A model generated the notes under the pieces. That model searched no databases. It was not told the DNA's origin and saw nothing but the letters and a program-made list of their open reading frames with translations. Below are positions 11,301 through 17,869 of a DNA stretch of 64,000 nucleotides, piece by piece; position 1 is the first letter of the stretch, and every line of letters starts with the position of its first letter. A program made the translations under genes and the position numbers. The stretch spans positions 123,723 through 187,722 of the forward strand of contig JAGOOP010000001.1 of the NCBI GenBank assembly GCA_017992455.1, written 5' to 3'. The DNA comes from Candidatus Omnitrophota bacterium. Lineage in GTDB: Bacteria; Omnitrophota; Gorgyraeia; Gygaellales; Profunditerraquicolaceae.

Positions 11301-12522
11301 GAATTTCAGAATATCCCTGAGCCGCCAGGAAATCTTTGGCCTGTCTGACCTCATCATCATAAGGAATTCGCGTGTCATTCTCATCTTCCCCGCGTGACTG
11401 ATTTCCGCCGTCTCGCGGCACGGATCCCTTTTTATCGCCGATAGATAAATTCTGTATAATAAAATCACTCACGTATTCACGATTGTCTAACGAGGACGAT
11501 GGGATCGCGGTCAAGCTGCCGCCTGCGACCTGTATGCCGCCGGAGAAATACTGCCTTATGGTTACGCCGTATGGGCTGTTTATGGTTTCTTCTTTTCTGT
11601 ATTCGCCTTCGGAAAAGGACCGTTTGTAGGCATTAAAGCAGGAGGCTTTCGACCATGCCTCTTTTGATGCGAGTCCGTTCAGATCTTTTCCGTCGATGAC
11701 AGGGTTATCCTCATTTTTCGACTTGAACCATTGTGCCAGGATTAACGAATAATACACCTGTCGAAGCTCAGCGTATCTCTTGGAGGAATTCACCTCCCTG
11801 GTCAGCTTCGGAATGATCAGCTGGCGCACAAGGTCTGAGGAATATTCATTCAGCTTTTTAACATTCGGGTCGTCGAAATTGTAGAACGGCGAGTCCTTTA
11901 TGTAATCCTGCTCGAGCATAACTTGCAGGGTCGCCTTGTAGATGAATACACCCTGGGGGGTTTCCCTGATGATGATCTCGCCAGGCACGATCCACGGACG
12001 GGTGAATGTCGGTATCTCTATATCCTGCCCGCTGTAAGTCTGTTCTGCTTTCTCATACAGCTTGTTCCAGTATTGCCTGCCTTCGGGTGTATCGGGATTG
12101 GTAAAACGCGCGAGGTCTTTCTTCAACTGCAGGTCAGCCTCAAGCAGAACTTTTCCAAGGTCCGTCTTTTCCAGATACGGATCGATGACATTATCAGGAG
12201 AATCAGGTCGTAGATTTACCCAAAACATGCTATTGGGTAATGCCAGGCCTATTTTGAAATATTCAAAGAGTTTTCGGGAGGATTCTTCTGCCTGGCCGGG
12301 CGTGAGACTTTTAAGGTCCCCTTGATCAAGAAGAAGCTGGAAGTTGTTTGTGCTCGGATCGAATTCAATTGAACGCAGCTGAACAGGCCTGAACCTGTCT
12401 GCAACAGGCGCGAGATTGCTTAAATACGCGGGCACGGCAAACTGGCCAGCGACCTGTGCATAGCCGGTTTGCTCGGAAATAAAACAAAAACAAATTAGTA
12501 AGGCAATGATCCGCTTGAACAT
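5359..12522 (-). CDS. Giant (2,387 aa) secreted/membrane multidomain protein of unknown function
   Basis: Uninterrupted ORF with a signal peptide (MFKRIIALLICFCFISEQTGYAQ) and internal hydrophobic helices (TLAVFAFFVVPSFFIGGFVHAYV; GALFGLFLGPAALL). It has two HExxH motifs (VAHESSHAV at 8591-8620; LLLHEGLHHN at 6173-6202), two GHKL-like modules and six (R/L)DGG junction motifs. Confidence 0.9.
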   Translation of the reverse strand: MFKRIIALLICFCFISEQTGYAQVAGQFAVPAYLSNLAPVADRFRPVQLRSIEFDPSTNNFQLLLDQGDLKSLTPGQAEESSRKLFEYFKIGLALPNSMFWVNLRPDSPDNVIDPYLEKTDLGKVLLEADLQLKKDLARFTNPDTPEGRQYWNKLYEKAEQTYSGQDIEIPTFTRPWIVPGEIIIRETPQGVFIYKATLQVMLEQDYIKDSPFYNFDDPNVKKLNEYSSDLVRQLIIPKLTREVNSSKRYAELRQVYYSLILAQWFKSKNEDNPVIDGKDLNGLASKEAWSKASCFNAYKRSFSEGEYRKEETINSPYGVTIRQYFSGGIQVAGGSLTAIPSSSLDNREYVSDFIIQNLSIGDKKGSVPRDGGNQSRGEDENDTRIPYDDEVRQAKDFLAAQGYSEIQIAGWLARGRAKLLEIAEEAGFQFSQADGSQSRRDGGEEDIIGELILPPGSKSVRLFSAPPEKNIRSKILATVYATGFRDKNDPETRIVWFRPAEAKEFSALQSNAIAESLAQANKEIKIRLGMSVQDSLEQLLSKHYLIVGRRLVIMQADGTILTAPIQEATYDRLQLIMNREQGSGRAGGFYNRDYMKHQDLRNPRGRLLTDLEETKADLLSPQHEDAVQRDGGTGDHAEAVRQQRELVQEYFDARGIDSLPEEIPANGLRALADDIRGKKHALIEQIIPLMLAHYGIPSQRKLRRFKDLMAGDLRAWTYGDLLLLRDDLRNWKIQEGMVSANTPQPQGMLSRRFKTLAVFAFFVVPSFFIGGFVHAYVSGMADDHTSDPLGPDMQPLHLTTFNHIEKIPYSTDYTSFFLSEPEGLTDNTSHPVSISLVVNPLPDLYLEQQNASYVKTHDVPLLLVVNGNAVQNLSRYLNEYTLYGARDGHIIEILDITGRDPKAIAEYLNDKGRMGYQIGFVGDQVDVLSGVPADHDELQDLEALRDEVNDLVREYRNTHKDTRDIDKELLKHRDLTDQSFSAQVSMVGMIQRGEKETRPEEWNELRERHARLQADLRQAEEELGPIIPAASRFKEFLFEKEEAGAIDRYIQAGNDPQALFPDTYTEREAFHWSSYLAQGAFNSIKVYKTAGAMHAPQDSGAIKDIQKTRALRTVLEKELGAYKEKYGVAFQQDYEAFEAQIPDAHTIVSMDLLHNEPNEQWTKEKRTDMYQILDLQSFLGQAGYDSVYQAADGRIYESEEAFRAYEDYVLFREHALERWEKEPDVAHAVIWLYLIEPDLARTAMSGNVSITLVDELPLPNPWAEGMALPRIGFPHVLVKGADIYILKDSFDSYSTDLRVRIVAHESSHAVNEIHAYNDAGPFGVLRWALWYMLNPGDEEKRVRMREQKVGNISGKVIDPYFSDRIDRLDPDEHKYLIEKINEAREDSAPDSNSTDIFPAEVQRTYELTTRGALFGLFLGPAALLTRMRAVKSRLVWFARRAFGQEDIADRMRILSREAKIVEKTIEFAVPPVEARMNGQRAIEENNKFLALVDSVMEDTILFGLKYKEPFTIRFREFFGNGNGFEGNMATITETTLKTLIRKLAVNGYDAVATFHDREYMGKIGCADRPIPEKVRLTFAAHWATHPQTGKESLRITIADNGAGLFAADTRHKSFVEGSNLYFGGAGLDTRMISKGDSATGAQGLLAYLWGLAGVTIPKNQDNEDATEQFYSLTYGDDGWGATVTVWLPRECLVQRDGGTGSEHTPLADRGAEEQIVKIVDRTIGFLSHSEPMDKDSMIKQKSEFVTWRFDSLVKNTILADLEFKKPFIGDFLDVNGKEMTIFERSLQNLILRLVRNSYDAVATFHDREYMEEIGHAAQQPPVTGILKLSAGWVMHNEKESLQIRIKDNGAGTYAADTRRKELMRERGFDLYFGGSGIDVNIICRGDSQTGSPGLLASLWREAGVPDAEFSSVEHEDAGGTTVTIWLPRECLVQRDGGTERPAAQRDDDKSNETARFDQQADDIREKIRKIFDASKETWKDPKLQLTEEVLERYFRQVLRKFNIGTTEEVIWRMVQKHMNKSIKKEIILIRHSVESSVSQQRRMEENDVLLTDFLNAIHVNPPVPYDVKFVPGHIVEKYVGVYSAGYFPFHQTYVIPSELDGPLLTMLLLHEGLHHNSRGLRSIGKILDEGVTEYAAWKIATSSLKDFLIDAADTNYPLDLQAQELERKVLGVKNSYAPALFLACRVIEAVGEDVVFEAYFKGNIKVLIAALGKDAIRQLKGLDKLKPYDEKIMPQVPKIIDAIEKNQASHNDTQRPKVQLDGGEVRDIDAQQQDLAGIDFRALHGGGQPQQAPVMMPQAMLEMQQLARNSKIQDLDAEWKAIEAQMRAKEMPYARMKEYVAVCVCRPDAGEHLEKTARCILNILRLEEEQGLATRTELTDILVCIG
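6730..7180 (-). other. GHKL (Bergerat-fold) ATPase-like module 2 within the giant protein
   Basis: Motif I is LVRNSYDAV (7114-7143), motif II is IKDNGAGT (6964-6987) and the G2-like motif is YFGGSGID (6886-6909). The module ends in GGTTVTIWLPRECLVQRDGGT. Confidence 0.6.
7446..7930 (-). other. GHKL (Bergerat-fold) ATPase-like module 1 within the giant protein
   Basis: Motif I is LAVNGYDAVAT (7862-7897), motif II is IADNGAGLF (7705-7731) and the G2-like motif is YFGGAGLD (7635-7658). The module ends in GATVTVWLPRECLVQRDGGT. Confidence 0.6.
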
Positions 12523-12634
12523 ACTTTTTATAAGTTATTATTTTGCGGGTAAAATAAAAAGATAGGACTTATCCGGCCACGCCAAATAGGTCTATCAACC
12601 TTATATTATAACTATATATTATATATAGGGGATT

Positions 12635-13246
12635 TCAAGACGCAGGGAGGGATGTTTTGAAAGCGGTTTCAACCCGCTTAACCACGTCTTTTAGCCAACG
12701 AGCGCGCATCTGAGGGGTGCTGGTGACGACAACACGGAACATTTTTCTGCTCAAGCATTTTGCCCCGCAGAAAGCAAGAGTATTTTCCCATATTTTCTGA
12801 AGAGGATCTCCCAGAACCTGGTTTTCGCGTTTGGCAGGAGTATCGGAAGTATTAAAAATGAGGACCTTCGTTATGTTACCCAGCATTTCTATGGGCAGTC
12901 CTGCTGCGCCTTCAGGCCCCGGAGGGAAATCATACGCAACGCCAGGCCGCAATACCCTGTCAACCCAGCCTTTGAGGATCGCAGGCGGCTCGCCCCACCA
13001 GTTCGGATGAATGATCACCAATCCCTGGGCGCTGCTGATCTCCTCGCAATGCTTTTTGATACGGGCAGGCAGCTTTGCGTTTTTTCTTATCTCGTGCTCA
13101 GGCAGGACAGGGTCGAATTGCTCGCGATAAAGATCGTGGAAAATGACGGAATGCCGGTTGCGTTTGAGCGTCCGGACAACAGTGCGGGCGATCGCAGCGT
13201 TAAAACTTCTGGGAGAGGGATGCGCGAGGATAACGGATATTCTCAT
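12635..13246 (-). CDS. Flavodoxin-like-fold NAD(P)H oxidoreductase (Flavodoxin_2 / quinone reductase family)
   Basis: Start MRISVILAHPSPRSFNAAIARTVV... at 13246, in an ATGA overlap with the leuS stop. The NWWGEPPAILKGWVDRV motif is typical of this family. Confidence 0.7.
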   Translation of the reverse strand: MRISVILAHPSPRSFNAAIARTVVRTLKRNRHSVIFHDLYREQFDPVLPEHEIRKNAKLPARIKKHCEEISSAQGLVIIHPNWWGEPPAILKGWVDRVLRPGVAYDFPPGPEGAAGLPIEMLGNITKVLIFNTSDTPAKRENQVLGDPLQKIWENTLAFCGAKCLSRKMFRVVVTSTPQMRARWLKDVVKRVETAFKTSLPAS

Positions 13247-15639
13247 ACTACGATATTGACGATCTTGCCGGGGACAAAGATGAATTTTTTGATCGGTTTG
13301 CCCTGGATCCATTGCTGGGATTTCGCATCATTGTCAACGATCGCCCTGACCGCCTCGGAAGCCGCCTGGGAGGGGATCGTGATCTGCGACCTGACCTTGC
13401 CGTTGATCTGCACCGGAATGACCACCGTATCTTCGACAAGCATCTTTTCGTCCCATGCGGGCCACGGCGCCGCAGCGACCGGTTCTTTATTGCCGAGAAT
13501 CTGCCACAGCTCCTCGCAGAAATGCGGAGCGATCGGCGCCAGGAGGATGACAAGCGTCGAGAATACGTTCCTATCCGCCGCTCCCTGGTAGATCGCGTTC
13601 ACCAGCTCCATCATACTCGCAATGGCAGTATTGAATTTGAAACTCTCATAATCCTCAGTGACTTTTTTGATCGTCTTATGGAGCGCCTTAATTACATCCT
13701 GCGACGCCTCGCTTTTCAGGTTGTCCTGGATGCGCCAGACGCGGTTCAGGAACCGCAGCGCGCCTTCCATGCCGCGGTCATCCCATTCAAGCTCTGCCTC
13801 AGGCGGCGCTGCAAAAAGGATGAAAAGTCGCAGCGCGTCAGCGCCGTAGCGCTGGATCATGGAATCAGGATCGACGATATTGCCGCGTGATTTTGACATA
13901 ACCTCGCCGTCCTTGAGCACCATGCCCTGCGTCAGGAGGCGGACAAACGGTTCATCGTAATCGACCATGCCGAGGTCTTTAAAGAATTTGGTAAAAAATC
14001 GGGAATACAATAAATGCAGGATCGCGTGTTCGATGCCGCCGATATACTGGTCCACCTGCATCCAGTATTTTGCCTCTTTGACATCAAACGGCGCTTTTGT
14101 TTCCTGTGGAGAACAATACCGCAGAAAATACCACGACGAGTCGAAAAAAGTCGCCATGGTATCGGTCTCGCGGCGCGCAGGACTTTTACATTTCGGGCAT
14201 ATGCAGTTGACGAATGAAGCGACCTTTCCCAGGGGGCTGCCGCCTTCGCCGGTAAAAGGCGCGTCAGCGGGAAGCTCGACAGGCAGATCCTCGTACGGAA
14301 CGGGAATCGTACCGCATTTCTCGCAATAAATGACCGGGATGGGCGTGCCCCAGTACCTCTGGCGGGAAATAAGCCAGTCGCGCAATCGCCAGTGCGTCTC
14401 GATCCTGCCAATGCCCTTTTTTTCCATCCACTCGGCAATACGCAGCTTGGCTTCTTCGTTGGTCAAGCCGTTGAACTCGCCGGAATTGATCTCAACGCCT
14501 GAGCCCTCGTATGCCTCGGACATTGTTTCGACAGAGAGCGCGGCTCCTGCTGGCTGGATAACAACGCGCATGGGCAGGCCGTGCTCTTTTGCAAAAAGAA
14601 AGTCGCGCTGGTCATGCGTAGGCACTGCCATGATCGCGCCGGTGCCGTATCCCATGAGAACATAATCGGCGATCCAGATCGGGATCACTTCGTCATTGAC
14701 GGGATTGACCGCGCAGGCGCCGGTGAACACGCCTTCTTTCTTTACGTCGGACGATGCGCGCGAAACCGTGCTTTCCTTGGCGACCTTTGTAATGAACGCG
14801 CGCGCCTCTTTTTCCTGCGCCTTACCTTTGATAAGCTCTTCGACAAGCGGATGCTCGGGCGCGAGAACAACATAGGTTGCGCCGAAGATCGTGTCCACTC
14901 GCGTCGTAAAGACGGGCAGCTGCGCACCTGTGCCCTGCACTTTAAAAAATATCTCAACGCCCTGGGACTTACCGATCCAGTTTGTCTGCATGGCAATGAC
15001 CCGCTCGGGCCAATGCGTGAGCTGTTTGAGGTCCTCGAGCAGGCGTTCTTTATATTCGGTAATGCGCAAATACCACTGTTCAAGATCTTTTTGCTCAACG
15101 GGGCTGTGGCACCTCCAGCAGCCGCCGTCGATGACTTCCTCGTTCGCAAGAGTCGTTGCGCATGATGGGCACCAGTTTACGGGCGATGCTTTCTTATACG
15201 CAAGCCCCTTTTCGAACATCTTAAGGAATATCCACTGGTTCCACCGGTAATAATCCGCATCGCAGGTCGAGACCTCGCGGCCCCAGTCATAGGAAAAGCC
15301 CATTTTCTGAAGCTCCCGCTCCATTTCCCCGATGCATTGATGGGTCCAGGCGTCCGGTTTGGTCTTGTTCTTGATCGCGGCGTTCTCCGCAGGCTGGCCG
15401 AACGCGTCGAATCCCATGGGATGCAGGACCTGGAATCCGCGTGCCGCTTTATACCTGCTGAACACGTCGCCGATGGTATAATTGCGCACGTGTCCCATGT
15501 GGATCTTCCCCGACGGGTACGGGAACATCTCAAGGCAATAATACTTCGGCCTGCCGGAAACAGCGCGTGCCTCGAAGCTTTTGCGGTCCTTCCAGGCCCG
15601 CTGCCACTTTTCTTCAATGTCCTTGAACGAGTATTCCAT
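13243..15639 (-). CDS. leuS: Leucyl-tRNA synthetase
   Basis: 798 aa with HMGHVRNY (HIGH-type) and VMSKSRGN (KMSKS) motifs. It looks LeuS-like along its full length. Confidence 0.97.
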   Translation of the reverse strand: MEYSFKDIEEKWQRAWKDRKSFEARAVSGRPKYYCLEMFPYPSGKIHMGHVRNYTIGDVFSRYKAARGFQVLHPMGFDAFGQPAENAAIKNKTKPDAWTHQCIGEMERELQKMGFSYDWGREVSTCDADYYRWNQWIFLKMFEKGLAYKKASPVNWCPSCATTLANEEVIDGGCWRCHSPVEQKDLEQWYLRITEYKERLLEDLKQLTHWPERVIAMQTNWIGKSQGVEIFFKVQGTGAQLPVFTTRVDTIFGATYVVLAPEHPLVEELIKGKAQEKEARAFITKVAKESTVSRASSDVKKEGVFTGACAVNPVNDEVIPIWIADYVLMGYGTGAIMAVPTHDQRDFLFAKEHGLPMRVVIQPAGAALSVETMSEAYEGSGVEINSGEFNGLTNEEAKLRIAEWMEKKGIGRIETHWRLRDWLISRQRYWGTPIPVIYCEKCGTIPVPYEDLPVELPADAPFTGEGGSPLGKVASFVNCICPKCKSPARRETDTMATFFDSSWYFLRYCSPQETKAPFDVKEAKYWMQVDQYIGGIEHAILHLLYSRFFTKFFKDLGMVDYDEPFVRLLTQGMVLKDGEVMSKSRGNIVDPDSMIQRYGADALRLFILFAAPPEAELEWDDRGMEGALRFLNRVWRIQDNLKSEASQDVIKALHKTIKKVTEDYESFKFNTAIASMMELVNAIYQGAADRNVFSTLVILLAPIAPHFCEELWQILGNKEPVAAAPWPAWDEKMLVEDTVVIPVQINGKVRSQITIPSQAASEAVRAIVDNDAKSQQWIQGKPIKKFIFVPGKIVNIVV

Positions 15640-15644
15640 GAAGG

Positions 15645-16043
15645 TTATTGTTTGATGCGCAGAGGAATGAGCGACCGCATGGTCTCGATGCCCCGCAGGA
15701 TGACGTCCATGCCGCAGGGTTTTGAAAGATAATGATCAGCTTCCATGTCGTAGCTTTTGCGCAATGTTTCAAGCTCGGTCTTGGCGCTGATGATGATGAC
15801 CGGGCGCCACCGGTCCGTATATTTCTCCCTGACCTGCTTGAGCACCTCAAAGCCGTTGAGCTTGGGCATGATCAGGTCAAGAAGGATCAGGTCCGGATCG
15901 AATGCGGGGAATTTCGCAAGCGCTTCATCTCCGTCAAAAGCGGTCGCGACATCGAACCCTTCCCGGGTCAAACGGTTTGAAACGACCTGCACGATATCCG
16001 GCTCGTCGTCAACTACCAGTATTTTGAATCCCATGGCCCTCAT
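15645..16043 (-). CDS. Stand-alone response regulator receiver (CheY-like)
   Basis: ILVVDDEPDIV...DLILLDLIMPKLNGFEVLKQVRE...PVIIISAK. Confidence 0.85.
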   Translation of the reverse strand: MRAMGFKILVVDDEPDIVQVVSNRLTREGFDVATAFDGDEALAKFPAFDPDLILLDLIMPKLNGFEVLKQVREKYTDRWRPVIIISAKTELETLRKSYDMEADHYLSKPCGMDVILRGIETMRSLIPLRIKQ

Positions 16044-16900
16044 CCTTTGCGCGCGGCCCGCTGCATCAGCCGCCGCACAATGAGCAGGTTTCGCTCATCT
16101 GCGGTCGCGCTATCCTTTGGCGTTTCCAATACACATGCGGTATGCCCCAGGCGCTTGTCGCTGACAATCCGCCTGAAACCCGCTCTTCCGATATTTCCTT
16201 TACCGATATGCTCATGCCGGTCGCGATGGCTGCCCAGTGTATCGCGCGTATCATTCAGATGAATAAGCGCAAGATTCCTGATGCCGACCGTGCGCTCTAT
16301 TTCATCCATGAGCCGGCTGTATCCTGCTTCCGTTGCCAGGTCGTAACCGGCAGCATACGCATGGCATGTATCAAGGCAGGCGCCGATACGGCCCTTCTGT
16401 TCGATGCGGCTGATGATAGCCGCATGATGTTCAAACGTATAGCCGAGCCAGGAACCGCTGCCGGCCGTGTTTTCCAAAAGGATCTTTACGGGCGAACCCT
16501 CAGTCAGTTCCAGGACCCTGTTCAGCGCGATCGAGATCTTTTTCAGACCCCGCTTCTCGCCGGACAATTTATGGCTGCCCATATGGGTGACCATATATTC
16601 CGCGCCCAGGGCCTTGGCCTCGCGCATATCCTGCACATACGCGGTGATCGAACCGCGGAACAGGCCGTGCTCCGGGGACGCAAGATTGATCAAATACGGG
16701 ATATGGATAAAGACTTTTTCTATATTGCTCGCGGCCCGGCGCCGTTTGAATTCATCGATATCGGCTTTTTTCAGCCTGCTTCTGCGCCACTGCCGGGGGT
16801 CGCGGCTGAATATCTGCATTGCGGTGCAGCCGAGTTTTTCCGCGCGCGTTATCGATTCATAGATCCCGCCGGCTGTTGACACCTGTATCCCGAGCAGCAT
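16040..16900 (-). CDS. nfo: Deoxyribonuclease (endonuclease) IV
   Basis: Motifs across a TIM-barrel AP endonuclease 2 pattern: IHIPYLINLASP, MVTHMGSH, CLDTCHAYAAGYD and HLND. Confidence 0.9.
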   Translation of the reverse strand: MLLGIQVSTAGGIYESITRAEKLGCTAMQIFSRDPRQWRRSRLKKADIDEFKRRRAASNIEKVFIHIPYLINLASPEHGLFRGSITAYVQDMREAKALGAEYMVTHMGSHKLSGEKRGLKKISIALNRVLELTEGSPVKILLENTAGSGSWLGYTFEHHAAIISRIEQKGRIGACLDTCHAYAAGYDLATEAGYSRLMDEIERTVGIRNLALIHLNDTRDTLGSHRDRHEHIGKGNIGRAGFRRIVSDKRLGHTACVLETPKDSATADERNLLIVRRLMQRAARKG

Positions 16901-16918
16901 AGAACCTCATTTTAGCAT

Positions 16919-16974
16919 AAAAAAAAGGCAGGTCCACCAAAAACCTCTCGTCGAGAAATGTGGCGGCCCTGCCT
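16919..16974 (-). terminator. Candidate terminator downstream of tRNA-Ala
   Basis: On the minus strand, the stem AGGCAGG/CCUGCCU (plus an inner CCAC/GUGG pairing) is followed by an 8-U tract. The large loop lowers confidence. Confidence 0.45.
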
Positions 16975-16979
16975 GTATA

Positions 16980-17055
16980 TGGTGGAGCTGAGGAGGATTG
17001 AACTCCTGACCCCTTGCATGCCATGCAAGTGCTCTCCCAGCTGAGCTACAGCCCC
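16980..17055 (-). tRNA. tRNA-Ala (anticodon GGC), CCA encoded
   Basis: The reverse complement GGGGCTGTAGCTCAGCTGGGAGAGCACTTGCATGGCATGCAAGGGGTCAGGAGTTCAATCCTCCTCAGCTCCACCA folds as a cloverleaf. It has the G3:U70 alanine identity pair and the anticodon loop AT-GGC-AT. Confidence 0.9.
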
Positions 17056-17071
17056 GGAATCTATCGATATT

Positions 17072-17479
17072 TCAACCGCTGATATATTTCGACAGCAGCG
17101 ACCACGTCTTGCTGCCCACAACGCCGTCGGGGGTTATGCCGTTGGCCCGCTGGAATTTCATGATGGCCTCTTTTGTCTCAGGCCCGATCTTGCCGTCGAT
17201 CATACCCTTGAACATACCGGCTTTTTTAAGCGCGGTCTGGATCTCGGTGGCATTGGGCATGCGGACTTCCTGCCTGCTCGCTGCCTCAAGCTGTTTGCGC
17301 AGGATGTAATTCTCATCCTTGAGCCGGTTACGCTCTATCTCAAGTGAATTGATCTTGGCCTGGTATTCCTGAACGACCGAAACCGATACGGTCTGCGATG
17401 CCCTGGGCGACTGGGTCGTCGCGCACCCCGATAACGCAAAAATCCCTGCCAATAACGCTCCCAAACATATCCGTCCCAT
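17072..17479 (-). CDS. Lipoprotein with coiled coil and peptidoglycan-binding (PG_binding_1) domain
   Basis: Start MGRICLGALLAGIFALSGC at 17479 behind an AGGAGG Shine-Dalgarno, with lipobox LSGC. The C-terminus is IQTALKKAGMFKGMIDGKIGPETKEAIMKFQRANGITPDGVVGSKTW. Confidence 0.7.
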   Translation of the reverse strand: MGRICLGALLAGIFALSGCATTQSPRASQTVSVSVVQEYQAKINSLEIERNRLKDENYILRKQLEAASRQEVRMPNATEIQTALKKAGMFKGMIDGKIGPETKEAIMKFQRANGITPDGVVGSKTWSLLSKYISG

Positions 17480-17503
17480 ACGAACCTCCTTGAAATTCAT
17501 GGT

Positions 17504-17532
17504 ATTATACCCCAGATTTATAGAATTGACAA
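17504..17532 (-). promoter_or_regulatory. Sigma70-like promoter for the PG-binding lipoprotein gene
   Basis: The minus strand reads TTGTCA-N17-TATAAT (-35 at 17532-17527, -10 at 17509-17504). Confidence 0.5.
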
Positions 17533-17554
17533 ACAAGATTTTAGACTGTATCAT
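17526..17554 (+). promoter_or_regulatory. Sigma70-like promoter for tRNA-Leu
   Basis: TTGACA (17526-17531)-N17-TATCAT (17549-17554), about 18 nt upstream of the mature tRNA 5' end. Its -35 overlaps the divergent promoter's -35. Confidence 0.5.
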
Positions 17555-17571
17555 TTATATACATTCGGAAT

Positions 17572-17657
17572 CGCCGAGGTGGCGAAATGGCAGACGCGTC
17601 GGTCTCAAAAACCGATAGGGTTACACCTATGAGGGTTCAACTCCCTCCCTCGGCACC
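17572..17657 (+). tRNA. tRNA-Leu (anticodon CAA), long variable arm, CCA encoded
   Basis: The acceptor GCCGAGG pairs with CCTCGGC, the anticodon loop is CT-CAA-AA, the variable arm is TAGGGTTACACCTAT and the T arm is GAGGG-TTCAACT-CCCTC. The last 7 nt, GGCACCA, are the att core of the adjacent element. Confidence 0.9.
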
Positions 17658-17763
17658 AAATTGAACGGTTGACCCCAAAGGCTCTGTCCCTCGGGACAGA
17701 GCGCCAAAATTCGCGTTTTCGGCGAAAATTCGGCGGGGCAAATTCAAGTATAGGTGAACTTCG
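17651..17763. repeat. Inverted repeat A, left copy (113 bp)
   Basis: It is the reverse complement of 19275-19387, with one mismatch (17748 against 19290). It starts with the tRNA 3' end GGCACCA and contains the internal palindrome CTCTGTCCCTCGGGACAGAG. Confidence 0.95.
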
Positions 17764-17869
17764 TAAGGAGTTCACCTATTTCTTTTTCGGCGTCCTCAGT
17801 CAAAATTCTTTTTTTCTCCCTCATGAGGAATCCGCTGGAAACCCGAAAGGCGCAAACCTGGAGGTCGCC

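Noticed and set aside
12523-12634. An AT-rich alternating TATA tract upstream of the giant gene, considered as a specific regulatory element.
   Set aside because: Several TATAAT-like hexamers occur, but I could not pair any with a convincing -35 at proper spacing. It is probably just the promoter/UP region of the giant gene, and no specific call can be supported.
17669-17869. The TTG-initiated N-terminal extension of the recombinase ORF (MTPKALSLGTERQNSRFRRKFGG...), and its mirror ORF 19257..19469 on the minus strand.
   Set aside because: The peptide is encoded by inverted repeat A, so it appears on both strands in mirror image. The conserved resolvase N-terminus MKCAVYVRVSTEEQ begins at 17870, right after a GGAGG Shine-Dalgarno.
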